NCBI GenBank assembly: GCA_964455175.1
Contig: CAYVUW010000011.1
Span: 2,445-43,315, forward strand
Length of the DNA stretch: 40,871 bases
Source of the DNA: an uncultured Acidobacteriota bacterium
GTDB taxonomy: Bacteria > Acidobacteriota > UBA890
Direction of reading: 5' to 3'
The first letter of the stretch is position 1. Each line of letters begins with the position of its first letter. The notes beneath the pieces were generated by a model. It made no database searches, was not told the origin of the DNA, and saw nothing but the letters and a program-made list of their open reading frames with translations. Positions 9,126-17,866 of this stretch are shown here, in pieces. The translations under genes were made by a program, and so were the position numbers.

Positions 9126-9250
9126 TTGTCTAGTCTCACCGGGTCGTGTCGTTTTCCGACCTCAGGAGACTTTTTTGGGTTCGAGAGTAACTGGCACCAG
9201 TTCGTCAGGACCGGTACCAGGCTTCCTGAGATATCAGTGACTTGTTGCGC
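9126..9250 (-). other. Structured sufB-sufD intergenic spacer with nested inverted repeats
   Basis: Inverted repeats at 9132-9137/9166-9171, 9142-9146/9157-9161 and 9161-9167/9224-9230, plus a hairpin spanning 9191-9220. Confidence 0.55.
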
Positions 9251-10675
9251 CTAACCGACGGAGCCTTCCATCTCGAGTTGGATCAACCGGTTGAGCTCGA
9301 CGGCGTACTCCATTGGAAGCTCCTTCACAAATGGCTCGATGAAGCCATTGACCACCATGACAAGGGCTTCTTCCTCGGTAAGACCACGACTCATCAAATA
9401 GAAGAGCTGCTCATCGCCGACCTTCGATACACGGGCTTCGTGTTCGACTTGGACTTGTTCCTCAGCGATTTCCATTGTGGGGTAAGTGTCAGAGCGCGAT
9501 TCCTCGCCCATCAGAAGCGCATCACACTCAACATGCACTTTAGACCCGATGGCGTCGGGATAGACCTTCACCATGCCGCGGTAGCTAGCACGGCCACCCC
9601 CCTTTGAGATGGATTTCGACGTGATGCGCGAGGTTGTGTTCGGTGCTGCGTGATAGATCTTGGCACCGGCGTCCTGGTGTTGACCCTCGCTGGATAAGGC
9701 GATTGACAGAATTTCCCCATGTGCCTTTTCACCGACCAAGTACACGCAGGGAAACTTCATTGTCAGCTTGGATCCAAGGTTGCCATCTACCCACTCGACG
9801 GTTGCATTTTCGTGTGCCACGGCACGCTTGGTTACCAGGTTATAGACGTTCTTTGACCAGTTTTGGATCGTTGTATAACGCATGTGTGAACCTGGTAAGG
9901 CGACGATTTCAACCACCGCCGAGTGCAACGAATCAGCTGCGTAGGTCGGTGCTGTACAACCCTCTATGTAGTGAACTCGAGAACCCTCATCAGCGATGAT
10001 AAGAGTGCGCTCGAACTGTCCCATGTTTTCAGCATTGATACGGAAGTAGGCTTGCAACGGGATATCGACTTCGACGCCCTTGGGAATGTAGACAAACGAG
10101 CCACCCGACCAAACTGCCGAGTTTAGGGCAGCAAACTTGTTGTCAGCCGGCGGAATGACTGTTGCCCAGTACTCCTTAACGATCTCCTCATACTCGCGCA
10201 GGCCGGAGTCCATATCGAGGAAGATCACCCCCTGCTTTTCAAGTTCTTCTTGCATGGAGTGGTAAACGACCTCCGATTCATACTGCGCTGAAACACCAGC
10301 GAGAAACTTGCGTTCAGCTTCCGGGATGCCAAGGCGATCAAATGTGTTCTTGATGTCCTCGGGTACCTCGTCCCAGGTGCTGCCCTGTTTTTCGACTGGC
10401 TTCAAGTAGTAGTAGATGTTGTCGAAGTCGATATCGTTGAGCAGGCCAGTGTTCCCCCAGTTCGGCATTGGCTTCGACGCGAAGACGTCGTACGCATCGT
10501 GGCGAAACTCCCGCATCCACTCGGGTTCGCTCTTCATCTGTGATATCTGGTCGACTATGTCGTGGTTGATACCTTTCGCTGCCTTAAAGACGGCTTTCTC
10601 AGGATCAGAGAAGCCATATTTGTATTCGTCATTGAGGTCGAGTGCAGGATTCTTAACTTCTGTTTCGGGGGCCAT
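9251..10675 (-). CDS. sufB: Fe-S cluster assembly protein SufB
   Basis: [60 protein letters not shown]. No intein seen. Confidence 0.97.
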   Translation of the reverse strand: MAPETEVKNPALDLNDEYKYGFSDPEKAVFKAAKGINHDIVDQISQMKSEPEWMREFRHDAYDVFASKPMPNWGNTGLLNDIDFDNIYYYLKPVEKQGSTWDEVPEDIKNTFDRLGIPEAERKFLAGVSAQYESEVVYHSMQEELEKQGVIFLDMDSGLREYEEIVKEYWATVIPPADNKFAALNSAVWSGGSFVYIPKGVEVDIPLQAYFRINAENMGQFERTLIIADEGSRVHYIEGCTAPTYAADSLHSAVVEIVALPGSHMRYTTIQNWSKNVYNLVTKRAVAHENATVEWVDGNLGSKLTMKFPCVYLVGEKAHGEILSIALSSEGQHQDAGAKIYHAAPNTTSRITSKSISKGGGRASYRGMVKVYPDAIGSKVHVECDALLMGEESRSDTYPTMEIAEEQVQVEHEARVSKVGDEQLFYLMSRGLTEEEALVMVVNGFIEPFVKELPMEYAVELNRLIQLEMEGSVG

Positions 10676-10686
10676 TATTTAGTCTC

Positions 10687-11487
10687 CTAAGCCTCTGCTG
10701 TTCCGACGCCAGTGGCTTCGGTGTTTTGGAATAATTCTTGCTCGATCCATTCGTAACCGCTTTCTTCGAGAGTTTCAGCAAGCTCGATACCGCCGGTGCG
10801 AACAATCTTCCCGTCCATCATCACGTGAACTACATCGGGCGTCACGTAGTTGAGTACCCTCTGATAGTGCGTAATCAGAAGCATAGAGCGTTGTTCTGAA
10901 CGCATTGCGTTAACTCCCTCAGCGACCGTCTTGAGAGCGTCAATATCCAGGCCGGAGTCAGTCTCGTCGAGGATGCAAAAGTCTGGCTCAAGCATGAACA
11001 TCTGTAGAATTTCAAGACGCTTCTTCTCGCCGCCGGAAAAGCCGTCGTTGACGTATCGCGAGGCAAACGAGGAATCAACACCCAGAAGGTTCATTGCCTC
11101 ATTAAGATTGGCCCGGAACTCACGCACCGCCACCTCACCATTTTCTGCCCTTGCTTTTAGCGCCGAGTGTAGAAACTTAGCAACGGTGACGCCTGGGATT
11201 GCCATTGGGTACTGGAAAGCGAGGAACATGCCAAGGCGGGCGCGTTCGTCGGTGTCGAGGTCCAACAGGTCGAGGCCCTTGTATTTCACTGAGCCATCGA
11301 GGACCTCGTAATGCGGGTGCCCCATCAATACGTAGGCCATCGTGCTCTTGCCAGAGCCGTTGCGCCCCATAATGGCGTGAATCTCACCCTCGTTAATAGT
11401 GAGGTCGACTCCCCGGAGGATCTCATTGCCGTCAATGGCAACCTTCAAGTTTTGAACTTCGAATAAAGGGTGGCCGTTATCGCTCAT
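10687..11487 (-). CDS. sufC: Fe-S cluster assembly ATPase SufC
   Basis: GRNGSGKST, FLAFQYP, FSGGEKKR, LDETDSGLDIDAL, ITHYQR. Confidence 0.97.
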   Translation of the reverse strand: MSDNGHPLFEVQNLKVAIDGNEILRGVDLTINEGEIHAIMGRNGSGKSTMAYVLMGHPHYEVLDGSVKYKGLDLLDLDTDERARLGMFLAFQYPMAIPGVTVAKFLHSALKARAENGEVAVREFRANLNEAMNLLGVDSSFASRYVNDGFSGGEKKRLEILQMFMLEPDFCILDETDSGLDIDALKTVAEGVNAMRSEQRSMLLITHYQRVLNYVTPDVVHVMMDGKIVRTGGIELAETLEESGYEWIEQELFQNTEATGVGTAEA

Positions 11488-11505
11488 CTCTTTTTGCTAC
11501 TCCAG

Positions 11506-12021
11506 TTACGCGTTTTCGTTGATTTGGTCTTTGTTGATTTGAAAAAGTCTTTGGGTTACCGGGCCTTCGATACTCAATTGAACATTTAGTTCCCTTTGGA
11601 TCTCAGATTCTTTGCACATGAGGTCCAACAAACTTATAGATTCCAATGTCTTCGAGATCATTCCTGAGAGGGTCCACCACACTGGTCGTAAGGTGCACGA
11701 CGTAGTGTGCACACAGATGTCTTCGATACCAGTGAAACGGTTGCAGTACTCGACATCGAAAAGATCAGGGGAGAATACCCGCAGAATGTCTGCCAAATTG
11801 ATGTTCTCGGGGGGCCTTGCTAGCACGAAACCACCGTTCCGGCCGCGCACGCTATGAACCAGTTTGGCCTGTCTCAACAGGTTGAGCAGCTTACCTGCGT
11901 ACTCGGGTGAAAGACCTTCGTTCTCCGCGACCAGGGCGACCGTAATTGGCTCGTCAGTTTGTGGGAGCGCTAGCTGTAACATGCAGCGCAGCCCGTACTC
12001 TTCCATTGAAGTGACTTTCAT
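11506..12021 (-). CDS. Rrf2-family transcriptional regulator of the suf operon
   Basis: EEYGLR, SVRGRNGGFVLA winged helix, three C-terminal Cys (C-x9-C-x5-C). GAGGTG ribosome-binding site upstream. Confidence 0.92.
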   Translation of the reverse strand: MKVTSMEEYGLRCMLQLALPQTDEPITVALVAENEGLSPEYAGKLLNLLRQAKLVHSVRGRNGGFVLARPPENINLADILRVFSPDLFDVEYCNRFTGIEDICVHTTSCTLRPVWWTLSGMISKTLESISLLDLMCKESEIQRELNVQLSIEGPVTQRLFQINKDQINENA

Positions 12022-12091
12022 GAAACACCTCAGAGGCGTTGCTTGACTCGATCACAGAACTCACTGTGAACACTACTGATGATAAGAAGCC

Positions 12092-12120
12092 AGTCTAAGA
12101 AAACCTGAAGAAAAAGTCAA
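12092..12120 (-). promoter_or_regulatory. sigma70-type promoter for the rrf2-suf operon
   Basis: Minus strand TTGACT (12120-12115), 17-nt spacer, TAGACT (12097-12092), about 70 nt upstream of the rrf2 ATG. Confidence 0.75.
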
Positions 12121-12125
12121 CTTTT
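12100..12125. promoter_or_regulatory. Putative Rrf2 (IscR-like) operator overlapping the -35 element
   Basis: Imperfect palindrome AAAACCTGAA-GAAAAA-GTCAACTTTT with 7 of 10 arm positions complementary. Confidence 0.6.
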
Positions 12126-12251
12126 AAATGGCCGTGTCTATGCATGCAGCAGGTTGGCAAAATAGCCCAAGAGTGTGTATTCGGGCTGAGGTAGTTGACA
12201 TGCGGTAGTTGAGTGAAGGAAAGAGGCTTATCAGAAGATTACGGGAAGTTA

Positions 12252-13028
12252 CTAGTACTTCTTCGACCAGGGGTACTTGGCGCTCTTGCGAGTCTCTGGT
12301 TGATAGTGCGACAGCGTTTTGATGTAGCCGAACTCTTTGGGGAACGAAAGTTCGTATATCCCCGGGTTGACCTCGTCGTCAAGGCAGACTTTTTTGGCTT
12401 GCCACCCTGCTCGGGTCATAAGAAGCCCTGCATTCTCAGGCTCATTCTCTGGTGCCCGGGTGCAGACAAGTGGTCCATCTAAAACGGCTGCTGGCTCTAG
12501 GTAGTACTGAAAATCTGTTTCGTCAAACTCGCCGCTCAATACTGCTTCCCAGAAGGCCGTTAGCCCTATTGCGATTGCTTGGCACGAGTTGGGGTCGAAG
12601 ACAGGCTCAGGTTCCGGTTCTTCGGCATCCGATTTAGCATTAGCTGCGGGAGCTTCGGCGGCTTCTTCTGTTACAGGAGCTTCGGTGGCCTCTTCTGCTG
12701 CGGGAGCTTCGGTCTCGACAACTGCCCGTGTTTCCTCTTCGGGCTCGGGCTCCGAATCCGCAGTCGTTTTCTGCAGGTCGCAATCCTTACAGCGCCATTC
12801 GCCGTCTACGTCTTCGGCGTGCTCGTGTAAGCAGATTTCCTGATAGTGAGCGATCTCTGCTTCAAGCGCATTTCGTTCCTCTGCTTGGTTCTCATCCTTC
12901 AGCAGGTTAAGCGCTTTCTGGGCGCGGTAACGGTGGTCGCGTAGCTCTAGAGATTCGAGTTCCATGGATTCGCTGGTTTTTCCTCGAGGGTTTCTTTGGC
13001 GTCCGTATGGCGCGTTGTCAGTCGCCAT
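12252..13028 (-). CDS. Hypothetical protein with a putative metal-binding motif and an acidic repeat linker
   Basis: 258-aa ORF with GGAG immediately before the ATG. Contains CLHEH-x9-CKDC, an Ala/Glu/Pro-rich linker and an aromatic-rich C-terminal region. Confidence 0.75.
   Translation of the reverse strand: MATDNAPYGRQRNPRGKTSESMELESLELRDHRYRAQKALNLLKDENQAEERNALEAEIAHYQEICLHEHAEDVDGEWRCKDCDLQKTTADSEPEPEEETRAVVETEAPAAEEATEAPVTEEAAEAPAANAKSDAEEPEPEPVFDPNSCQAIAIGLTAFWEAVLSGEFDETDFQYYLEPAAVLDGPLVCTRAPENEPENAGLLMTRAGWQAKKVCLDDEVNPGIYELSFPKEFGYIKTLSHYQPETRKSAKYPWSKKY
12643..12713. repeat. 27-bp coding tandem repeat, about 2.6 copies (EAPxxEEAx)
   Basis: gctgcgggagcttcggcggcttcttct / gttacaggagcttcggtggcctcttct / gctgcgggagcttcggt. 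Confidence 0.85.
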
Positions 13029-13172
13029 CTCCGAGTTTCACAGCATTTCGGTAAACGGTTAAAGCAGACAGTCCTTGTCAAACCGGTGACTCGGGAGAAG
13101 AGAAGCATAGCATTCAAGCTACGTTCGTGCGGACGCTCGGAAGTCTAGATTACAGAGTTATATATCCCTTTA

Positions 13173-13202
13173 TTGAGTGCCTCTAGGTGAGTAGCGTATA
13201 AC
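13173..13202 (+). promoter_or_regulatory. Possible sigma70 promoter for the NHL-PEGA-OCD genes
   Basis: TTGAGT, 18-nt spacer, TATAAC in the AT-rich divergent intergenic region. Confidence 0.4.
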
Positions 13203-13215
13203 CTTTAATGGTTAC

Positions 13216-14556
13216 TTGATCAAAATCGTAGTCGGGAGTAACTACTTGAGCCATTCATTCACAACGATACGTTCTCTGATTGTCGGTTTTCTGGCAGTCG
13301 CGGGACTCATGGTGGGTTCAACTGCCGACGGGGGGGCGGTTGAGCCGTCCCGCCAAGATGCTGAAGAGCACTACACCGCTGCTGAGGCTATGCTTGCTGG
13401 TGGAGACGCTGAAGAAGCGCTCCAACTTTTTACTGCCATCGTCGATAACTTTCCGAGGACTCGATACCCGTTGCTTTCCTGGCGTGTGGCAGCCAACGTA
13501 CGCGCCGGGCAGATCGAGATTGAGCTGGGCCGTGTCGATGCCGGCGCAGCTCGCTTCGTCGAGGTGATTGATAGTGAGACCCCCTCTGTTTGGACAACAA
13601 GAGCACGGCTAGGTCTAGCCACGACTCTGCTATGGAACCGCGAGTGGAAGGCTGCTGCACGTTTGCTGCAAACTATTGTCGATGTTTCCGCAAGAAGCGG
13701 CCCAGAATCCGACATTGTTGCCTACCGTGACGCCGAGGATCGGCTCACCATTTTGCATCGTCTGTGGTTGCGTGCGGAGGCGGGCGAGCAACCTTGGCAG
13801 CAGGCTGGTCGTTACCCAGTTGATTTCACGTTCGATCGTCCGATAGGGATCGCTGCTGGCATTAATGGCGTGCTGGTGACTGATGAAGGGAATGATTTAG
13901 CTGTCTTTTTTGATTCCTTTGACAACGCTGCTTCTTTCCGTGTTGCTGACCCAAAACGGCCATGGTGGGGGACATCCGCGAACGGCTTTGTAGCAGCGGG
14001 GCCGATGGTGAGTGCTCCATTAAGGACCGAGTCGTTCCAATTTGCCTATCCTGAAAGTTCTCGACAGCGACCGCTCGATGACATCCGTGTCGGCGTGGGC
14101 ATGCCGGACGGCGGTTGGTACTTAGTCGATAGCGAATACCGGGGTGTGATCCGGTTTGGGCGGGATGGCACGTTCGACCACATTCTCGATACGGGTGCCA
14201 ACAGTGAACCGGTTGACCTGGATCGCGGTCCTCGTGGCCGTCTATTCGTCATTGAAAAACGAAGACGTGAAGTCTTGATTTTTGACGCTGGCGGTGTTCT
14301 GTCGGCAGGTTTCTCGTATCACGATTGGCGCGAACCGTATGCCCTGGCGGTTGATTCGATTGGCTATGTCTATGTGCTCGATCGTGGCCTTAAAAGGATT
14401 GATGTATTCGACCAAGATGGCGGCTTTTTGTGGAACCTTGGCCCGGTCTTGCCGGGCGGAATAGAGCTTGGTGATCCACGCGACCTCACGGTTGACAGTA
14501 CGGGCCGTATCTTGATCGCGGATCGAGGTCTAAGAACCGTGGTGGTGGTTGAATGA
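13216..14556 (+). CDS. Exported TPR plus NHL-repeat beta-propeller protein
   Basis: Hydrophobic N-terminus, TPR-like helices (ALQLFTAIVDNFP), NHL blades FDRPIGIAA, EPVDLD, EPYALAVDSIGYVYVLD, DPRDLTVDSTGRILIAD. Start uncertain. Confidence 0.85.
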   Translation: MIKIVVGSNYLSHSFTTIRSLIVGFLAVAGLMVGSTADGGAVEPSRQDAEEHYTAAEAMLAGGDAEEALQLFTAIVDNFPRTRYPLLSWRVAANVRAGQIEIELGRVDAGAARFVEVIDSETPSVWTTRARLGLATTLLWNREWKAAARLLQTIVDVSARSGPESDIVAYRDAEDRLTILHRLWLRAEAGEQPWQQAGRYPVDFTFDRPIGIAAGINGVLVTDEGNDLAVFFDSFDNAASFRVADPKRPWWGTSANGFVAAGPMVSAPLRTESFQFAYPESSRQRPLDDIRVGVGMPDGGWYLVDSEYRGVIRFGRDGTFDHILDTGANSEPVDLDRGPRGRLFVIEKRRREVLIFDAGGVLSAGFSYHDWREPYALAVDSIGYVYVLDRGLKRIDVFDQDGGFLWNLGPVLPGGIELGDPRDLTVDSTGRILIADRGLRTVVVVE

Positions 14557-16817
14557 AGAACTTCGTTGAGGATGTCTGCGTAGATGTTTTCAGGATGGGG
14601 CTCAGTGTAGTTTTCAATTCCTACGTGCTTGTCTTTTTGTCTGTTTTTTTGGTAGTGGTTCCTGCGGAAGCCCAACAAGTAAATGAGCGCATGCGCTCAA
14701 CCTTTGCACGGGCCGAGATGCTTTACCGGACGGCCGAGCCCGATCAGGCGATCGAATCGCTTACGGATGTGATTGAGGCGTTGTTATCCAGTGCGATGAG
14801 CGGGGACATAGATGATGAGGGCCAGGCGCTTTTGGTTAGGAGCCTTGCCTATCGGGCCGACGCCCTGATTTTTGCAGGAGAACGCGACGTTGCCGAAGCT
14901 GATCTTGAGCAATTGCTAACTTTGTATCCGAGAGTCTCGATTGAAGGATTTCGCCTTTCAGACGTTGGTGCAGATCGCTTCCAACGTGCTGAGGCTCGGT
15001 TGGTGGGAACATTGACGCTTTCAGCAGCACCGTTAAGTGCACGTATCTTCGTTGATGGAGAGCAGTTACCAGAGGGTATTACCAGCTACGACCTGCTTGC
15101 TGGTACCCACTTCATAGAGGCGTTGCTTCCAGGTTTCACTCGCCAGGTAGAGGAAGTGGAGATTCGAGCAGACCGGACCACCGAGGTCGAGATTGCACTT
15201 GAGCGGATCTCAGCGGTGGTCAGGCTAATGACGCGCCCTGTTGGTGCGACCGTCCTGATCGATGGCAAGGTCGTGGGTGAAACCTCTGGGATGCCACCGA
15301 GCGATTGGGTGCCAACGGGTGACGCAGCGAGATATCCGCGTGGGGAGTTTTCCTCAGTTATGGAAGTCGAGGGGCTCATGCCAGGGCGACACGAGGTGGA
15401 AGTTATCCTCGACGGGCATCGGACTTTCAGCGCGCCACTGACTATCCCCGATCTGGCCGATTACCAGGTCGAGAGCATCATCATGACTGCCAATCTTGGG
15501 CTCGTGTTGCTTCGGGACCTAGTGTCTGATTCTGAGGTTTGGGTCGATGGGCGCCGAACTCAGCCCGAAGCACCTCTACGTTCAGGTGATGAAGGAACGC
15601 TGAATTCAAATGCCTATCGCCTGTCATTGGAACCCGGGGAATATCGCATCACCGTTAGCCGGGCTGATGCCGGAGTGTTCGAAGAAATGGTGACGGTGGC
15701 CGATCGGCGCAGCGTAGCGCTTAGCGTCCGACTTCGCCCAGGCTTGACTTTCCTTGGAGTTGTGGGCTCTGATCGACTAGGGGCCGAGACACTCGAGAAC
15801 ACGTTGCGGGGTTCGTTTACAGAGTTGAATTATTGGGCCTTTCTAGATCGCACCGAGGATGCAGAGGGGATTTTGCAACGGACAGGTGCTACGGAGGATC
15901 GACTGCGGGTAGCGGTGGAAGAAGGAACGAACAGTCCAAGCCCGTTCGATTGGCAGCGGCTTCAAACAACAGTCAGCCGGGAGCTTCCCGGGTCGATATT
16001 TGTTCTCGGCGTGCTTGATGATAGCGAATTGGCGGCCGACGCTGACCTTTGGATATGGCCTTCGGCTCCGGGCCCCGCGGTTGCTGAGCGTGTGCGAGTC
16101 TCGCTGGCTGACAGGGACATGCTTGAAGCGTTGTCCACTAGCTTGTCGGGAACTATGACGTTCGAACGGTCGTGGACTGGAATAGATCTTATTGACAGTG
16201 GAATCGCGATGTCTCCGGTAGTTGCAGCAGTTGTCCCAAATGGACCTGCTGCAGAGGCTGGAGTGAGGGCCGGTGACCAACTTGTTACCGTCGCCGGTAA
16301 CAAAGTTGCAACTGCTGAAGGGGCGGCCAATTGGTTTGCCACTTTCCCCCCGAACTCTATGGTTGCGCTTGGCATGGCCGGTTCGAATGGCGAACGCACA
16401 GTCGAGTTAAGAATGGGAGCTACGCCCACCGTGGTAAATCCGTCGGAGGGCGACCGGTTCTACTCAGTCGTCTGGGCAATGAGCGCTGCGGCTGCGGGAC
16501 GGCGCGACGTTGTGGTGCCATCTTGGCTAGTGGAACTTAATCAGGCGGCAGTGTTTTTACACGTGAGCGATTGGGAGGCCGCCGTCCAAATGCTGACCAA
16601 TCTGCAAGCGCCCGAGGTCACTGGCGTTGGGTATGGGTTGGCACAGTACTGGCTTGGTGTCGCACTTAGTGAGATTGGCGACCTCGATGGTGCCCAGGCT
16701 GCTTTTGAGCGCTCTCTGAGTCAGCCTGATGCCCGCTACTTAACCAACGACGGACTTTTTCTGGCACCGATGGTACGAGCTCGCCTCATCGCTCTCGGAA
16801 GTACGAGCAACCGCTAG
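14553..16817 (+). CDS. Exported TPR-PEGA(x3)-PDZ-TPR multidomain protein
   Basis: Signal ending AEA|QQ, PEGA-like units (ARIFVDG, PVGATVLIDGKVVGET, SEVWVDG..LEPGEYRITV), PDZ (VVPNGPAAEAGVRAGDQLVTVAG), C-terminal TPR. ATGA overlap with the upstream gene. Confidence 0.85.
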   Translation: MKNFVEDVCVDVFRMGLSVVFNSYVLVFLSVFLVVVPAEAQQVNERMRSTFARAEMLYRTAEPDQAIESLTDVIEALLSSAMSGDIDDEGQALLVRSLAYRADALIFAGERDVAEADLEQLLTLYPRVSIEGFRLSDVGADRFQRAEARLVGTLTLSAAPLSARIFVDGEQLPEGITSYDLLAGTHFIEALLPGFTRQVEEVEIRADRTTEVEIALERISAVVRLMTRPVGATVLIDGKVVGETSGMPPSDWVPTGDAARYPRGEFSSVMEVEGLMPGRHEVEVILDGHRTFSAPLTIPDLADYQVESIIMTANLGLVLLRDLVSDSEVWVDGRRTQPEAPLRSGDEGTLNSNAYRLSLEPGEYRITVSRADAGVFEEMVTVADRRSVALSVRLRPGLTFLGVVGSDRLGAETLENTLRGSFTELNYWAFLDRTEDAEGILQRTGATEDRLRVAVEEGTNSPSPFDWQRLQTTVSRELPGSIFVLGVLDDSELAADADLWIWPSAPGPAVAERVRVSLADRDMLEALSTSLSGTMTFERSWTGIDLIDSGIAMSPVVAAVVPNGPAAEAGVRAGDQLVTVAGNKVATAEGAANWFATFPPNSMVALGMAGSNGERTVELRMGATPTVVNPSEGDRFYSVVWAMSAAAAGRRDVVVPSWLVELNQAAVFLHVSDWEAAVQMLTNLQAPEVTGVGYGLAQYWLGVALSEIGDLDGAQAAFERSLSQPDARYLTNDGLFLAPMVRARLIALGSTSNR

Positions 16818-17803
16818 TGAAGCCTCTACGGTATCTGGATGCTCACGCTTTGCGGTGCGCGTTGCCCATGGATGTTGCCATCGACGCCATCGAGGCGGTG
16901 ATGCATGCGGCGGAGAGCGGAGATGCCGAGGCTCCTGTCCGTACCATGCAATCGGTCATGCGGCCTGGCAAGGAAGACTTTATCTTTGTTGTTATGCCGG
17001 GCGTATGGGGAGGGCGCCAAGCTGCAGCGGCCAAGATCGTCTCTAACGTACCCGACAACCCCCTCGAAAATCGTGCCACTGTTCAGGGAGTAGCGGTGAT
17101 GATCGATGTTGAAACCGGCTCGCCGAGTCTCATCGTAGATGCCTCGACGTTAACCACGATTCGAACTGGAGCTGTGGTCGGTCTAGCAACCCGTTTGCTT
17201 GCGCGATCGTCATGCAATGTGCTTGGTATCATCGGTACCGGTGGAATTGCTGCCGACCTGGTCGAAGGGGTTGCCGCCGTGCGGGGGATCGAACGGGTGC
17301 TCGTTAATGATATTCGCCCCATCGTTGCTGCTACCTTTGCGGAGCGGATTCCGTTTGATGCTCAAGTTGTCAATGACAATGACGAACTCGCTTCACAATC
17401 GGACATATTAATTACTGCTACGTCCGCGACCGACCCAACTATCTCGGCAGGAGCGGTGCAGTTGGGCACGCATATCAACGCGGTCGGAAACTTCTTGCCC
17501 ACTGGTCGTGAGATTCCCGGCGCAGTAGTCGCCGCGGCCACCCGCTATGTTGACGACATTAACAATGCCATGGAAGAAGCTGGTGAATTCATCTTAGCTG
17601 CGTCGGAAGGGCTGATTCCATCAGGCGCTGGTGGCATCACTGGCGACCTTCAAGGGCTGGTCCTCGGCAAAGTTCCACCACGCACCAATGAAGAAGAAAT
17701 CACCCTATTCAAGACTGTAGGAACCGCACTCTCCGATGTTGCAGGCCTGGCTGCAGCTGCAGCTGCAGCGGAGACAGAAGATCTTGGCGTTGTGTTGACC
17801 TAA
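16817..17803 (+). CDS. Ornithine cyclodeaminase / mu-crystallin family protein
   Basis: VMPG, AAKIVS, LTTIRTGA, GIIGTG, HINAVG, EITLFKTVG..D. Confidence 0.9.
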   Translation: MKPLRYLDAHALRCALPMDVAIDAIEAVMHAAESGDAEAPVRTMQSVMRPGKEDFIFVVMPGVWGGRQAAAAKIVSNVPDNPLENRATVQGVAVMIDVETGSPSLIVDASTLTTIRTGAVVGLATRLLARSSCNVLGIIGTGGIAADLVEGVAAVRGIERVLVNDIRPIVAATFAERIPFDAQVVNDNDELASQSDILITATSATDPTISAGAVQLGTHINAVGNFLPTGREIPGAVVAAATRYVDDINNAMEEAGEFILAASEGLIPSGAGGITGDLQGLVLGKVPPRTNEEEITLFKTVGTALSDVAGLAAAAAAAETEDLGVVLT

Positions 17804-17866
17804 CATCCCACTTGCCGAGTTTGTCGCTCTGCTGTTAAGCAACGTGGCGAGTTGCTATGTACGCTC

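Noticed and set aside
9204-9222. GTCAGGACCGG, resembling the SRP (4.5S) RNA core
   Set aside because: The required continuation (GAAGG-x-AGCAGC) is absent; the sequence continues TACCAGGC.
9242-10682. Plus-strand ORFs opposite sufB, and similar antisense or alternate-frame ORFs throughout (for example 2045-2749, 5258-5758, 39173-39670)
   Set aside because: They are shadow ORFs of well-supported genes, with no recognisable motifs.
12643-12713. 27-bp repeats as a possible CRISPR array
   Set aside because: The repeats are contiguous, in frame and degenerate, with no spacers and no cas genes.
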